From assembly GCF_000143415.4 (NCBI RefSeq), contig NW_003314366.1, forward strand, positions 384,997 through 448,996: DNA of 64,000 nt. Direction: 5' to 3'. Shown here piece after piece: positions 50,056 through 62,172 of this stretch (within the stretch, counting starts at the first letter, position 1; every line of letters begins with the position of its first letter). Under the pieces are notes generated by a model. That model did no database searches, was not told the DNA's origin, and saw only the letters and a program-made list of their open reading frames with translations. The DNA comes from Selaginella moellendorffii (Eukaryota > Plantae > Lycopodiophyta). The position numbers were made by a program, and so were the translations under genes.

Positions 50056-51225
50056 CTAGTTACGGCGGTCATCTCGATTCTCCGGCTGGTCGCTGGCCGA
50101 GGAGCTTCCATGCTGCTGCTGCGACGAAGACGACGATGGAGGAGCAGGAGCTGGGGCTGGTGGCGGAGACGAAGACGAGCGAAATGGCCATGGAAACTGG
50201 AACGAGACTCGCCTGTTACTCCGGGGCTCCTCCGCCGGTCTCGAGCTCCCGCTGTCCTGGTGGTGCTGGTGACCATCCAGATTTAAGTTCGCTCCAGATC
50301 CCCAGAGAGTGAAACCACGACCAGGGCCGCCGCCGCCACCGCTAGCAGCAGCACCACCGATCTCGGCATTCGCAGCCCGGCTGGCTTGAGCCCCGCCTCG
50401 CCCCGGTGCAGTGTTGTTATACTCTGGATCGTCGGTCGGCATCTCGTGCCTGCAAACCGGGCAGGAGTTGTGCTGCGCCAACCATGGTAGGATACAGTCG
50501 CCGTGGTAGAGGTGCTTGCACGGCATCTGTCTCACCTCCGACCCCAGCTCAAACTCGTCCTTGCACACCGCGCACTGCCCACCGTCACCGCTCATGTGTT
50601 CGCTGGTGATGCTCACCACTGGCATGGCTTCGATCGCTGTCTTGGACGCCGGTGGAGTGCCATACCTGTTGGGATCATTCTCTGCGAGTTGCTGGATCAG
50701 CTGGTCCAGGCCCGGCCCGAAGAAGTAGTCTCCAAAGTTTGCCGGCAAGCGTCGAGCTCCAGTGCCCGTGTCGAAGAACACCTCCACGTTTCCACCTCTG
50801 CCTCCAAACATGTTCTGGACGAGGATCATGGGATCAAGTGGATCCGCGTGGTCGGCGCCGTCTCTTTGATTCGCACCAGCGCTGTTGTTGTTGTTGTTGT
50901 TGTTGTCTCGACTTTGCTGGAGAATCGCGGACATGGCCTGGAGAACCTGGAAAATTGGAGGATGACGAACACCTTGGTTACCAGCGGGAGGAGTATCGCC
51001 ATCAGCAGAGATACCTCTGGTTTCCCTCCCAGATCCCGGCTCACCACCAAAGATGACGGTTGGTCTCTGGCGATGCGGCGGGAAAACGATCCCTGGCGAG
51101 TTCTCGATCTCCTCGATGAAGCCGCCATTGCAGAACGGACAAAGGATGTCATTCCCGGCGTTGGGCCTCACGGACGTGTGGCACTGATGGCACCAGTAAG
51201 TGGCAGGTTCCAGCGCCGTGGCCAT
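50056..51225 (-). CDS. RING-H2 E3 ubiquitin ligase with N-terminal zinc ribbon (BTL/RNF126-like)
   Basis: YWCHQC..CPFCNGGFIEE, GDYFFGPGLDQLIQQL and CAVCKDEF..CKHLYHGDCILPWL..CPVCR. Confidence 0.95.
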   Translation of the reverse strand: MATALEPATYWCHQCHTSVRPNAGNDILCPFCNGGFIEEIENSPGIVFPPHRQRPTVIFGGEPGSGRETRGISADGDTPPAGNQGVRHPPIFQVLQAMSAILQQSRDNNNNNNNSAGANQRDGADHADPLDPMILVQNMFGGRGGNVEVFFDTGTGARRLPANFGDYFFGPGLDQLIQQLAENDPNRYGTPPASKTAIEAMPVVSITSEHMSGDGGQCAVCKDEFELGSEVRQMPCKHLYHGDCILPWLAQHNSCPVCRHEMPTDDPEYNNTAPGRGGAQASRAANAEIGGAAASGGGGGPGRGFTLWGSGANLNLDGHQHHQDSGSSRPAEEPRSNRRVSFQFPWPFRSSSSPPPAPAPAPPSSSSSQQQHGSSSASDQPENRDDRRN

Positions 51226-51768
51226 TCTTCCAATCCGATCCAATCCAACGCAATTCCCCTCAACTCGATCCACTAGCGCCGACGCATCGATCGAGTGCTC
51301 TACACCCTAAGCCCGGATTCCTTCCTCGGCCCTCACTCAATCCGCGCTGGAAAAAAACGCAACGAATTCAGTGCTAGGGAAATCAGCGCCACGCGCGCCA
51401 GCGCCGAGGAGCTGCCTTGTCACTCGCTAGGCGAGAAAGGAGGAGCGCTTACCCGGAGTGCGTCGAATGGATCCAGGCGCGTGCCATGCCCTAGAAGCAA
51501 ACCCTAGAACCCCTTTCTCCATTGCTATTGCCGTTTCCTTAGCATCATGTGGCATGGCCATGATAGTTTAATGGCACGAATCACAAATGGGTGGGTCCAT
51601 GCCCAGCGTTTTGTGGTGGCAAGCATGGTGGTGTCATGCCCCCATCGCACGGACACATGGCTATAGAGGTGGAGAGTAGTAAAAAAAGTTTTTTAACTAT
51701 CCTGTGAATTTCCTTTGAATTTTCCTGTGTATGCGAATTTTTACACTGGCCCAGTGAAAGTGTTCTTG

Positions 51769-52552
51769 TCAATAGCTCGCGGCTGCTCTAAGGCCAATGG
51801 TTTTTAGCTTATATCTGTATTGGGGCTGTTCTTCGATCTCTTCCTCCTCGTCGTCGCTTAGATCGGCGCCAATCTTGTCCCAGCGCGAATAATCCAGCTT
51901 CGAATGCCCCTTGGGCTTTGGAACGGCCTCCCAATTCGTGCCCGGTTCCTTGGAATTCGCGGGAGTTGGCGTTCTCGCCGCTGCCAGCACCGTGTTGGGG
52001 GATTTGGAGACTCTGGGGGAATTGGGAGTGGATTCGGGCATGAATTCGTTCTCGGCCTCCGGGATGGGATCTAGTGCCTGGATTGCGACGAGTTAGAGCG
52101 GCCGAATTCTCGCTAGAACTACTGACTTACGAGCTGGGTCTTGACTCGGGCTTGCAGATTCTTGTAGGCTGGAGACGATGGATCGATCTCCAGCAGCCTG
52201 TTGACATCGAACAGCGCCGAGTGATAGTCCTTCATGATGACAAGCGTTTGTGCGCGGAGCATTAGAGCGCCGGCTTGCTTGTCATCCAATTCGAGCACAG
52301 CTCCACATTCTTCCGCGGCCTGGATGGAGGATTTCTCGACATTAGACCGCGAGAATTTCTAGCTCTAGTTCTCACCTCCTTGTATTTGCGGAGCTTGAGG
52401 TAGCACGCAGCGCGATTGCTGTGGAGAGCTATGCGATGCGAATCCAGCGTCGCGGCAGCCAATGCGTCCCAGTAGAGCTCCAGCGCCTCCTCGTACTTGC
52501 CCTCCCGGAATCTCTCATGGCCGCGCTCGGTCTGGGAGACTGTGCTCGACAT
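51769..52552 (-). CDS. TPR-repeat protein, 3 exons
   Basis: GHERFREGKYEEAL..LHSNRAACYLKL and C-terminal KPKGHSKLDYSRWD. Confidence 0.88.
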
Positions 52553-52677
52553 CGCGCCCAAATTTCTCGCGAGGAAGAACACGACCTAAAATCCATGGAA
52601 GATCCAAGAAACGAATATTCACTCCCTCTCACTCTCTCCATCTTACATCCAGAGAGAGTTTTTAGGGCTGGAAAGAA

Positions 52678-55179
52678 ATGGCGCTACTCGCCGCGCGCCT
52701 CAGGCGTAGGCCGCTGCTGACAAGCGCCTCGATCGTTGTCGCCGCCGCTGGATTGGTAGCATACGAGAGCTTCGATGGAGCTGCGCCAGCGCTCGGAATT
52801 TTTCGATCGACTCGTGCTGTTTACACTGTAAGTACAGAATTTCTTCGCTCTTGCTCTTCAGATCGATTTGCAGATCGATCATAGGCTCACTCGGCTCTGA
52901 AAATATCCAGTTCGCGCTCAACAGTGTAGACTACAAATTTAGTTTGCGCGACCATGACAAGAAAACCGAGGAGTATTACGAGGTTCTTTCACAGGTATTC
53001 TCTCACTCGTGTTTGCGAGGATCAAACAGCTCAATGAATTTTTATTTTTGTAGGTCCATCTCAGAGCTGCTAAACGCATTCTAAGACTTTGTGAAGCTAA
53101 CAGAGGATTTTACACAAAGGCTGGACAGTTTATAGCATCCCTCGGGCAGTTCCCGAAGGAGTATGTCGAGACTCTACGAGTTTTGCAAGATCAGGTGCGT
53201 TGTGAGAAAGCTTGTTTCTGCCTGATTTCGTGTTTTCTTTTGATTTTCTAGGCACAGGCTTGGCCTTACAGAGCAATAAAACAAGTTTTCTTAGAAGAGT
53301 TTGGAAGGACTCCAGGAGACATGTATGAAGAAGTACTTGGTAGCATATCTTTCATTGTCTTGGTTGTTCTTTCAGGTTTCACGAGTTCGATGAAAAGCCT
53401 CTTGCTGCAGCGTCACTTGCTCAAGTGCATCATGCTTGGCTCTCTGAAAACGAAGAAGTTGCTGTCAAAGTAAGTCACTTCATCATAAAGATTTTTTTTT
53501 CTGTTGCTTAAGTTTTTTGTAAGCAGGTCCAATATCCAGGATTGCAACGACAATTCGAGATCGATATTTCTACGATGGCCTTTCTTTCCAAATGCGTTGC
53601 TTGGGTATTTTCTATTCCTGTTGCTTGAATCATTGTCAGCGTGTTGTTTTTCCTTGAATCATGGGAAACGTGACGTTCTTTTTGCAGCTTTTTCCAGACT
53701 ATCAATTTGAATGGCTAGTGCCGGAGTTTGAAAAGAATCTTCTCAGTGAACTAGGCAAGTAGCCGCAATCGATATTTTTTATTTCGAATCTGAACTTTTT
53801 GTGTTTTTAGATTTCGCACGGGAGGCAAGAAGAGCGGAAAGAGCAACAGCAAACTTTGCAAACAAAAAGGAAGTGAAAATTCCTTCAATTTTTTGGGTAC
53901 GGAAAGCTTTGTGAGCTTTTCTATTCGCAGCTCATTTAAGTTTTCAGGCTAACAACATGATTCATCCTAGGATTACACCACAAATCGAGTTTTGACGATG
54001 CAGTTTATGCACGGTAGCAAGGTGCCATATCCAGCTTTAATTTGATTGGCAGTTTGACTTATTGTGTTCTTCAGGTTGACGATGTAGAGAGCATGGAGAA
54101 AGCGGGAATAGATTCTAAACAGGTAGATGGAAGCTTTTCTAGCTGTTCGTTGTCTGATCCTTCTTTCTAGGTGTCTCGAGTGTTGCTAGAGATTTTTGCC
54201 GAGATGATGTTTTGTCACGGTGTTGTACATGGGGATCCTCATCCTGGAAACATTCTTGTGAGCCATAATCCGGCTCGAGGGAGCAAGCACAACTTTCATA
54301 TCGGTATGCGCTCCATGTTTCTTTTTCCTTCTTCTCCATACATTATTTCGTAGTTATTCTGGATCACGGTCTCTATCGCGAGCTCGATGAAAATTTCAGG
54401 CGCAACTTTTGCAACTTGTGGAAAGCGATGATAACCTCCGACCCTGCTGAGATGGAAAAGTCAGGCTTGCAACTCGGTGCCGGCGAATACTCCCGATTTT
54501 TGCCTGTTATATTGACCGGTCGGACGCTGGACAGGTTTTGGTTATTGTTTTTCCTTTTTCTTTCACTGAAGTTATTGGTTCTATTGATTTGCAGCAAATC
54601 CGGTCTCGGAAAAGGCATGTCTCCCGAAGAACGAACGCGATTAAGGGACGAAGTAAGAAAGTTTTCCATGGGCGACATATCTTATTTCATGGAAGGGCTC
54701 TCTCGCGACTTTCTGATCGTCCTTCGTACAGAGTAAGCACCTCTCTAGTCTCCTATTCTTATAATCAACGCTGTGAGAACAGTGGATTGCTGAGATCTAT
54801 CGTCCACAAACTAGGAGCTCCACGAAGGCTGCGACTTGAAACGTACGCTCGTTACGCCTTGCTTGGCCGTGCAATGCACAAGCGTGGAAAACCAGGTTAA
54901 ATCTTAAACATTCTAGATCTAGAATCGCTCTCAAAGTTTATCATTTTCCAGGCTTTCGGGAACAGGGAATTGTTTTCTACTCGAGATCTTTGGTGGAGTA
55001 CGCATACCTTCGCTTCCGTCTTGGTGAGATCCACGTTTCTAGAGAAAACTTTGTTTAGATCTTTCCGTGCTTGTTTCTTTGCAGTCGTGTTGGAATATTT
55101 CCTCAAAGCCGACACATTGTATAGTTTAATACTGGGCTACCTCAATCGCTTTCTTCCCATGTCCAAAGTTCCAACTTAA
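52678..55179 (+). CDS. ABC1/ADCK (aarF-domain) atypical kinase, many short introns
   Basis: Spliced reading NRGFYTKAGQ, AAASLAQVH, VAVKVQYP, ELDF and HGDPHPGN. Confidence 0.92.
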
Positions 55180-55199
55180 TAATAGAAGCCGTGGCAATT

Positions 55200-55280
55200 T
55201 TTTGCTAGAAACTGGATTCGAACCTAAGACCTTGTGAGAAACTTTTTACTAGAAACTGGATTCGAACCTGAGACCCTGTC
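55200..55280 (-). repeat. Two direct ~35-bp repeats, each with a perfect Pol III B-box (GGTTCGAATCC)
   Basis: CTAGAAACTGGATTCGAACCTRAGACC occurs twice, with B-boxes at 55214-55224 and 55258-55268. Confidence 0.75.
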
Positions 55281-55318
55281 AATCTCTTCTCCCGCGCGAT
55301 TGCCCTAGCTCTTCTTTA

Positions 55319-57298
55319 ATGGCGGGGCGATTGAGCGATCTCATCCTCGCGGCCACGAATTCCCCGGGCAAGGAGCTGGAGGAGCCGCTGCTCAAGGCGA
55401 TCAAGGCGCTGGTGCGCGCCTCGGATGACAATGTCAAGGCGGCGGCAGACCTTCTCATGGACCGGCTAGGGAAGAATCACTCCCAGGTAGGTCTAGTATT
55501 TTGATCGATCGGCCGAGGGATTCTCACTCCGGCGGATCAACAGGTCAGGCTTCTCGCTCTGCTGCTCATCGATCAGCTCTTTACGCGATCGAAGCTGTTT
55601 CGCGGCCAGATCGTGGCGGTGCTCGAGAAATTTATGGTTCTCTGCCTCGGGCACCGCACCGACCAGCCGCTCCCAGCTCCCGCGGATCGAGCGGCGCTGC
55701 TCAAGGCTAAGGCGCTGGAAATCGTGGAGAGATGGAACGAGACGTTTGGGCCTCACTACAAGGAGCTCCAGCTTGGCTACGAATACTTGAAGTTCACGCT
55801 ACGTCTCGACTTTCCGGGTGTTCGAGAGGCCGCGAATCGAGCCGAGGAAGAAAAGAATGCCAGGGACAGGCGCACGCAAGATCTTCTCCGGTGCCGGCTG
55901 CTCCAACTCACGGAGAATTTCCCTGGCTTGAGGAGAGATCTCGAGTCGACGATGAGTCAGCTGGAAGAATGCTTTGCCATCTTGAGCGAGGAGGAGGAGG
56001 TGGTCCAGGACGAGGATGGATTTTTGGAGGTGGACAAAGATGAAGAGGACAGTAGTGAGGTGTTTGGGATCCAAAGCTTGCGGTCCATGCGTGATCAAGA
56101 GGAATTGATGGTCACGGAATCTCGCGACAACGAGGCCATTTTCGACATGGCCCGGGATTTGCTCAAGTTGGTGACAACAAGACATCTTCCAGCAGCGCAG
56201 GAATGGCTGTCGGTTTTGATGCGAGTCGACCCGGAAGATCGACAAAGCCGGGATGCTCTCATGAAGGAGGTGATCGACTTGAGGAACCGCCTGGTGGTCT
56301 TAAAGGATAAGTGTCAGGAGCTCGGGATTGTCGAGGTGGCCAAATCCAAAACCACCACTGACGACGATGTGGAATGGGAAGAAGAAGAGATATTTGACAG
56401 GAGCAAGCTGGATGGTCCACGACACAAACTAGAGCAAGAACGAGAACGAGAACGAGAACGAGAACGGGAACAAGGTGGCGAAATCAGAAAGAGTTCCTCA
56501 CCTCAGGCTACAGCAACAGGAACGGCTTCGTCATCTAACGCAACCATGTCCGAGCTTAAGCAGAAGCTGTTTGAGGAGGCTCCCGTGCTGCCGTGGGGAT
56601 CGTTTCTCGACGCCTGGGGCTCCGACGCTGCTGTTCCTGCAAACAACAGGGGACTGGTTCTCGACAACCACTGGGGAAGAGTGGATCCGGACGCTCTCAT
56701 CTCTACCGAGAAGATGGCGGAGATGCAAGTGAGAGCATCGTACTACCAGCCTTTAAAGTCGGAGTTACGTCCTTGCTCGGCACCGCTGAGGAATGGAGGC
56801 CTTTGCCAGAGACGAGACCTCCGAAAGTGCCCGCTTCATGGCACAATAATTCCGCGGGACGATAGAGGCAATCCTCTCGAGGAGAAAAGGGCTGTCGAAG
56901 CCAAGGGGAAGGAGAAGGCGGCGGTCAGTCCGGCAGCTTTGGCTGCTCAAGCCGTGAGGAACGTGAGAGGCAGGGATGAAGCCAAAAGGAAACAGAATAA
57001 ACTTTTGCGACAGTCTCAAGCCAGGACAGACAGACAACACAACGAGGCGGTGCTGAGAACTGCCGCGCTTGCTCACGACACGCAGACGATTGAAGCAGGC
57101 CTAGAGAGGAAAAGCCTGGATGAAGAAACGCCAAAGAAACGAAAAGGTGGTCTCAGCGCTATGCTCCGTAAGAAGGAGACTCCAAAAGACAGAATTGCCA
57201 GGAGACTACTGCGCGGCCGGGCAGTGGACGCTATGGTCGCCAACATAGCTCGAGACGAGGATGCCAAGTACAGGGAGTCTTTCCCAAATCAGTGGTGA
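55319..57298 (+). CDS. UVSSA: UV-stimulated scaffold protein A, 2 exons
   Basis: VHS-like N-terminus (HSQ|VRLLALLLIDQLFTRSKLFR, PLPAP) and DUF2043 CSAPLRNGGLCQRRDLRKCPLHGTIIPRD. Confidence 0.93.
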
Positions 57299-57602
57299 TT
57301 CCACTCGGAAGCTGGCGCCGCTGATTCCCGCTTTGAACAGTCCTGCTGGAAGACTTTTGCTGGCAGTCTGGGACGAGCTTTACAACTGGACATCATCAAA
57401 GCAAAGCTGAGCAAAGGAAAAGAAAAGAAAAGAACGAGTCATCCGCAGCTCGAAAAGAGAGTTAAATTGTTCGAAGGAAGAAGACGAAAATCGAAGCAGC
57501 CTGTCTTTATAGATACATTTCTCGACGATCGGCGCTTTTAAAGTTCTTACGAGTGCGCCGAAAACTCTGCTGCAGTAAGAATGTGAAGATGGCTGGATTC
57601 AT

Positions 57603-58142
57603 TCAGGCGCCAGGGATGTGTCCATCGATCTGGCTGCGGATGGAGTTGGCCCTCTCGAAGTTGTACTTCCGGCTGGTGTAGATATAGGCGCTGCCGATGA
57701 AGAAGAGGAAGGCGAAGATGCAGGAGAAGACCACTCCCGCGATGATGCCCTCTTTCCTTCCTCCGCCATGCCGCTTCGCAGCGATGGCTTCCATGTAGCT
57801 GGGACTTCTCGGGGGATAGGAGCTGCTTCGAGTACTCGAAGAAGAACTCGACGAAGAAGTCCTGGATGGAGGACTGGGGGATGAAGAATTCAAGCTCGTG
57901 GATTCTCGCGGTGGTGACGGTGGTGGCGGCGTTGGAAGAGGTATAGGTGGTATGGAAGGAGGAGGAGGAGAAGGAGGAGGAGGAGGAGGCTGATGTGAGC
58001 TCCAGTAAGTGTTGTTTGGATCGGCAGCAGCAGCAGCAGTGGCAGCGAGCAAGACGATTGATGTGGAGAACAGCAAGTAAATGCGGGCGATTCCAGCGGA
58101 ATTGCAGCCTTGGATTTGAGAGTGGTGGATCGTCATCGTCAT
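57603..58142 (-). CDS. Pro/Ser-rich single-pass membrane protein of unknown function
   Basis: Hydrophobic signal-like segment, poly-Pro ectodomain, TM helix GIIAGVVFSCIFAFLFFIGSAYIY and a basic stop-transfer sequence. Confidence 0.7.
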   Translation of the reverse strand: MTMTIHHSQIQGCNSAGIARIYLLFSTSIVLLAATAAAAADPNNTYWSSHQPPPPPPSPPPPSIPPIPLPTPPPPSPPRESTSLNSSSPSPPSRTSSSSSSSSTRSSSYPPRSPSYMEAIAAKRHGGGRKEGIIAGVVFSCIFAFLFFIGSAYIYTSRKYNFERANSIRSQIDGHIPGA

Positions 58143-58725
58143 TGCCAGATCTGGAGCTCGAAAAACCTTTCTTGAGAGCTTGGGCGCTTGCTCTACAATT
58201 CAAAGAGGATCCAAACTCTTTTTTTCTTGGCGCGAGCAACGCTACGTTACAAAGAGTATTTAGCTGCGCATATGCCGCTAAGGAAGAAACATCGAGGCTT
58301 CGAGGCTGTTTTTATCACGAGGATAGCTCTTTCTCTCCTTTTCGTTTCGTGGTTGAGAAAGAGAAATTCGTCGAGAACAAAGTCCCACCGATCGTGTATT
58401 AACTTGCGAAAGAGTTCATGGGTCGTCCTCATGCGACCGCTTGGAGGACCCCAAAAGGAAGAGGAAAGCTTGGAGCCTCTCCAGCAAGGGGATTTTCACG
58501 TCACCACAGGTTCACGAGAGAATTCCATCTTGTCGTCGCCGATAGACGTTTATAAGTCCAAATCCATAGCAAAAGGTGGCCGACTTAATGCGCAAGAGCC
58601 TGTTGCTGGGCCATTGCAAAGCGCTAGGCGCAAAGATGAAAGAGTTGGAGTGTTGTCCTCGACCATTAACTCCCCACTTGGTTGGGATAGATAGAGCACC
58701 AAACTTGTGGAGAGAGGAGCTTAGC

Positions 58726-58727
<2 letters not shown>

Positions 58728-58780
<53 letters not shown>
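58728..58780. repeat. (GA)n microsatellite
   Basis: Direct reading. Confidence 0.98.
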
Positions 58781-58784
<4 letters not shown>

Positions 58785-61337
58785 CAAACACTTCTGACGA
58801 GTGATGCTAAAATTTGCCATGACGATGAATCCACGTCTGGCTTGCGTTAGCATCTGCAAACAAACAGTTGTTTGAGGATTGCAGCTAGTGAGTTACCTCT
58901 TTTTTCCTAGAAGTCTTCATTTTGACAATGTCTTTAATTCAACATCAGTTTCAAGGCATTGCTGACCCCCTTTATGGCTGACAATTTGGCTGTCCTTTTT
59001 ATCTTGTTGTGTTCCCCTCTTTCACTTTGTTTCATCTGAGTATTGAAGTTAATTAAATACTTGGTATAACCATTAATAATTTCAAATCCAAATGTAATAT
59101 AATATATAATCTTTTTGTTTAGATCTGGCTTTTATATTGTTTAGACTTCTTTTGTTCTTATACCTTTTTCATTTCTTTTTTTTTTTTTTTTCTTTTCATT
59201 TATCTTTATGTCATACCATTATTGTAGTAGCTTTTTTGTCCTTTTTTGACTCAGGAGTAGAAATTAATGTAGTTGTTCAATATTATATGGTTGTAGTTAT
59301 AGTTGATGGTGGCATTTATGGCACATAATGTAGCTTTTCCTACTCTTGCTACCAATCCTTGTGTCCAGCCGAATTTATTGCATGGGAATCTTGAGGATGA
59401 TAAGTACTATTGATTCATCATTTTACAGTGATTGACATTTATCATTTTTGGGATGATGCTTAGTATATGTGTAAGTTTCTTACATGTCTCAAAGGATAGC
59501 ATTATAGTGGTATAATGATTTCACTTGTGCATATTGAAATTTTCTCCTATATGTTTTCAAATGTGCATTTGGAGATGTTGATAATTGTGATGATGCTTTC
59601 TAATAATTGTCTTTGCCATCTAAGTTAGTTATGGAATTTAATGTTTGCTTCCGAAATTTTTTTCTTCATGCGAAGCCAAATATATCAAAATAGATTAAGC
59701 TGGATATTTGTAACTAACATTTTGTCAAGATCTTGTGGGACTTATATATATATACTTACCCATCCACCCTTGACTATGCTAAACTAGTACAATACTATAA
59801 TACATTATGTCTCTCACTTGTAACTACGTGTGTTTCAACACCACTTCTTATGAGAGATGATCTTAATCTAATGAAGGTGAATGATACTATTGCCTATGTT
59901 CAAAGACAAAGATGAGGATATGGTCATAAGTGTGATATTTGCTATTGAGTGTATGATAAGCTTATCTATACATATTGACATTATTAGCATTTCCCGGATT
60001 GGCATTTTCCATTTCCTAGATGGAGGCCTTTGGGTTTTAACATTCTATTAATGCTATTACAATGGAAGGTCTTGACACTAAAATTATTTTAAGGAACAAA
60101 GAGTCACATAAGTAGTAGAGGGATTTTAAAGTAGTGAAGGAATCTTACATGAATAAGTCAATAACCTTTTTTTGAGGGATCTTTCAAAAATACCATCAAG
60201 GGGATCATTCAACTCTAGTTTATGTAGTGTACACTTTTCAATCTTGGTTTTATAATAAGAAGTCCTTTGCTATCCTCTTTAGATTGGTTGATATAGGTTT
60301 AAGTTTATATTTTATTACTCAACTTATTAACTGTGAACTTATAGGGAAGCATGGTGGATTATAAGGATTCTCAACTATTAGCACTTACTAATACTTAAAA
60401 GCAAGATCCAACTTGGTGAATTAATGATTTCTCCCTTAATACTTTAGAAGATTAATAGTGTGAGGAATGGGGTACACATTTAAGATAGTTATATTATTTT
60501 ATTAATGATAGTTGATAGATGAAGTTCAAATGCCTAGAGACTCTAACACTTTTAGATAACATCTTTTTCCAACATCTTTTAGATATTTTCTTATAAGATC
60601 TTGATCCTCTTTGATGACTGATGCCAAATATAAACTTTGCTTGGACGAGCATCTTCAATTAGAATAGGATGACACATTACAAACTTAGCCTTTCAAAGTC
60701 AAAGAGATCAAATAATTCTTCTTATACTAATCAATTACTGCAACACAAAGATTGTCTGAGACATTTGGAAAAGGAATAGAAGAAAAAGAAGGAAACACTA
60801 TAGATCATCGTTTTCATATATTATTCATACATCATCCTAGAAGGTTGTTATTGCACTAGATACCACCAACTTTAAACTCACTTTCTGACTTAGAGCATCT
60901 ACCACGACATTGCTTTTCCACCAACTTTAAACTCACTTATTGACTTAGAGCATCTACCACAACACTACTTATATAATATTTTATAATCAAACTCACCCAA
61001 AGCATTGGCCCACCAATCTTAATAAAAGCAAAAGTAGAAACAAAGGGATGAAGTGGAACAAAATTGAGTATGAAACAAGAGGGAAAAGCCTTAAAGTCAT
61101 ATTTGATATGATTGCAATGCAATTAATTTATACTAAATATGAGGTTGAAAGTTTGACTCAACACTATCTATAATTATTAGAGCTCAAGCTCAAGCTCAAG
61201 ATCACCTATATATACAATTAAGTTCACCTTATTCCATATATATGCATATGTATAACCATTACTATAGAGAATGAAAATTAATTCTACTACATGACGATAA
61301 ATGGCAACATGTGGTAATAGATTGAGTTATAGAAGAT

Positions 61338-61685
61338 AAAAGTTAAGAGGCATAGCTCTCTCTCGAGCCTTACTTTCTTGACACTCTACCCCTCAAATTG
61401 AGTCTAACTAGAGGCAAATTGGACCTATTAGATATTAATCTCATATAGTGTGATTCCCTTAGTCAATTTATAGAGTTGGATCTGAAACCCTTCTGATATC
61501 AAATGGAATTTGGACTTTTTAGGAAGTTATTCAACTTAATACTACTCAAACTCAATAATGCTTAACCCTAAGTATCCCAAGACCCTTTCCAGATTAAATG
61601 AGAGCACACTCTTATTCATGGGCCTTTTTCTTTAATAATTAAACCCCATGGATAATCTTTTAGATCATTTTTTTGGTTACTTACA
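61338..61685 (-). mobile_element. Eroded Cassandra (LTR, PBS and internal domain)
   Basis: Reverse complement reads TGTAAGTAACC..GGCCCATGAATAAGAGTG..GGGTCTTGGGATACTTAGGGTTAAGC..TTTGATATCAGA..AAGGGAATCACAC. Confidence 0.85.
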
Positions 61686-62011
61686 GAAATATTGTTATAT
61701 GATTGAGAAGTTGTATAGGTTTTTTTATTAATTGAAGATACAAAATGATGTAATTTGTATATGCATAATTGCATTTGGTGCCAAGCTTGTAATATTTTCC
61801 TTCATCTTGCAAAAGAATAGTTGGAGTCAATTGCAATTTTTCATCTATTTAAGATGGTAGCATTTTATCTTATAAAGCTTTTTCCACAATTGATTATTGG
61901 CAAGGATTACATCATTATTACTTTTAACTATTTGACTCGTTAGGTGGAAGTTAGTATTCTTGCTAGTGCATCTTCAACTATTGTTAGATACTTACTCTTC
62001 AATTAAATGGT

Positions 62012-62172
62012 TGTAAATAATCAAAGAGAATCACTCAAGAAACAATTTATAATGGTTCAAATATAAAGAGAAAGGGCTTATACCTTTTAGAATTGGTTAA
62101 AAATCTTAAGATACTTAGGGTTAAATATATGGGCTAAATGGCCTCCTAAGAAATTCAAATTCAAGAATTTAT
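62012..62172 (+). mobile_element. Eroded Cassandra solo LTR
   Basis: TGTAAATAATCAAAG..GGTTCAAATATA..AAAGGGC..GATACTTAGGGTTAA..CCTCCTAAGAAATTCAAA. Confidence 0.7.
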
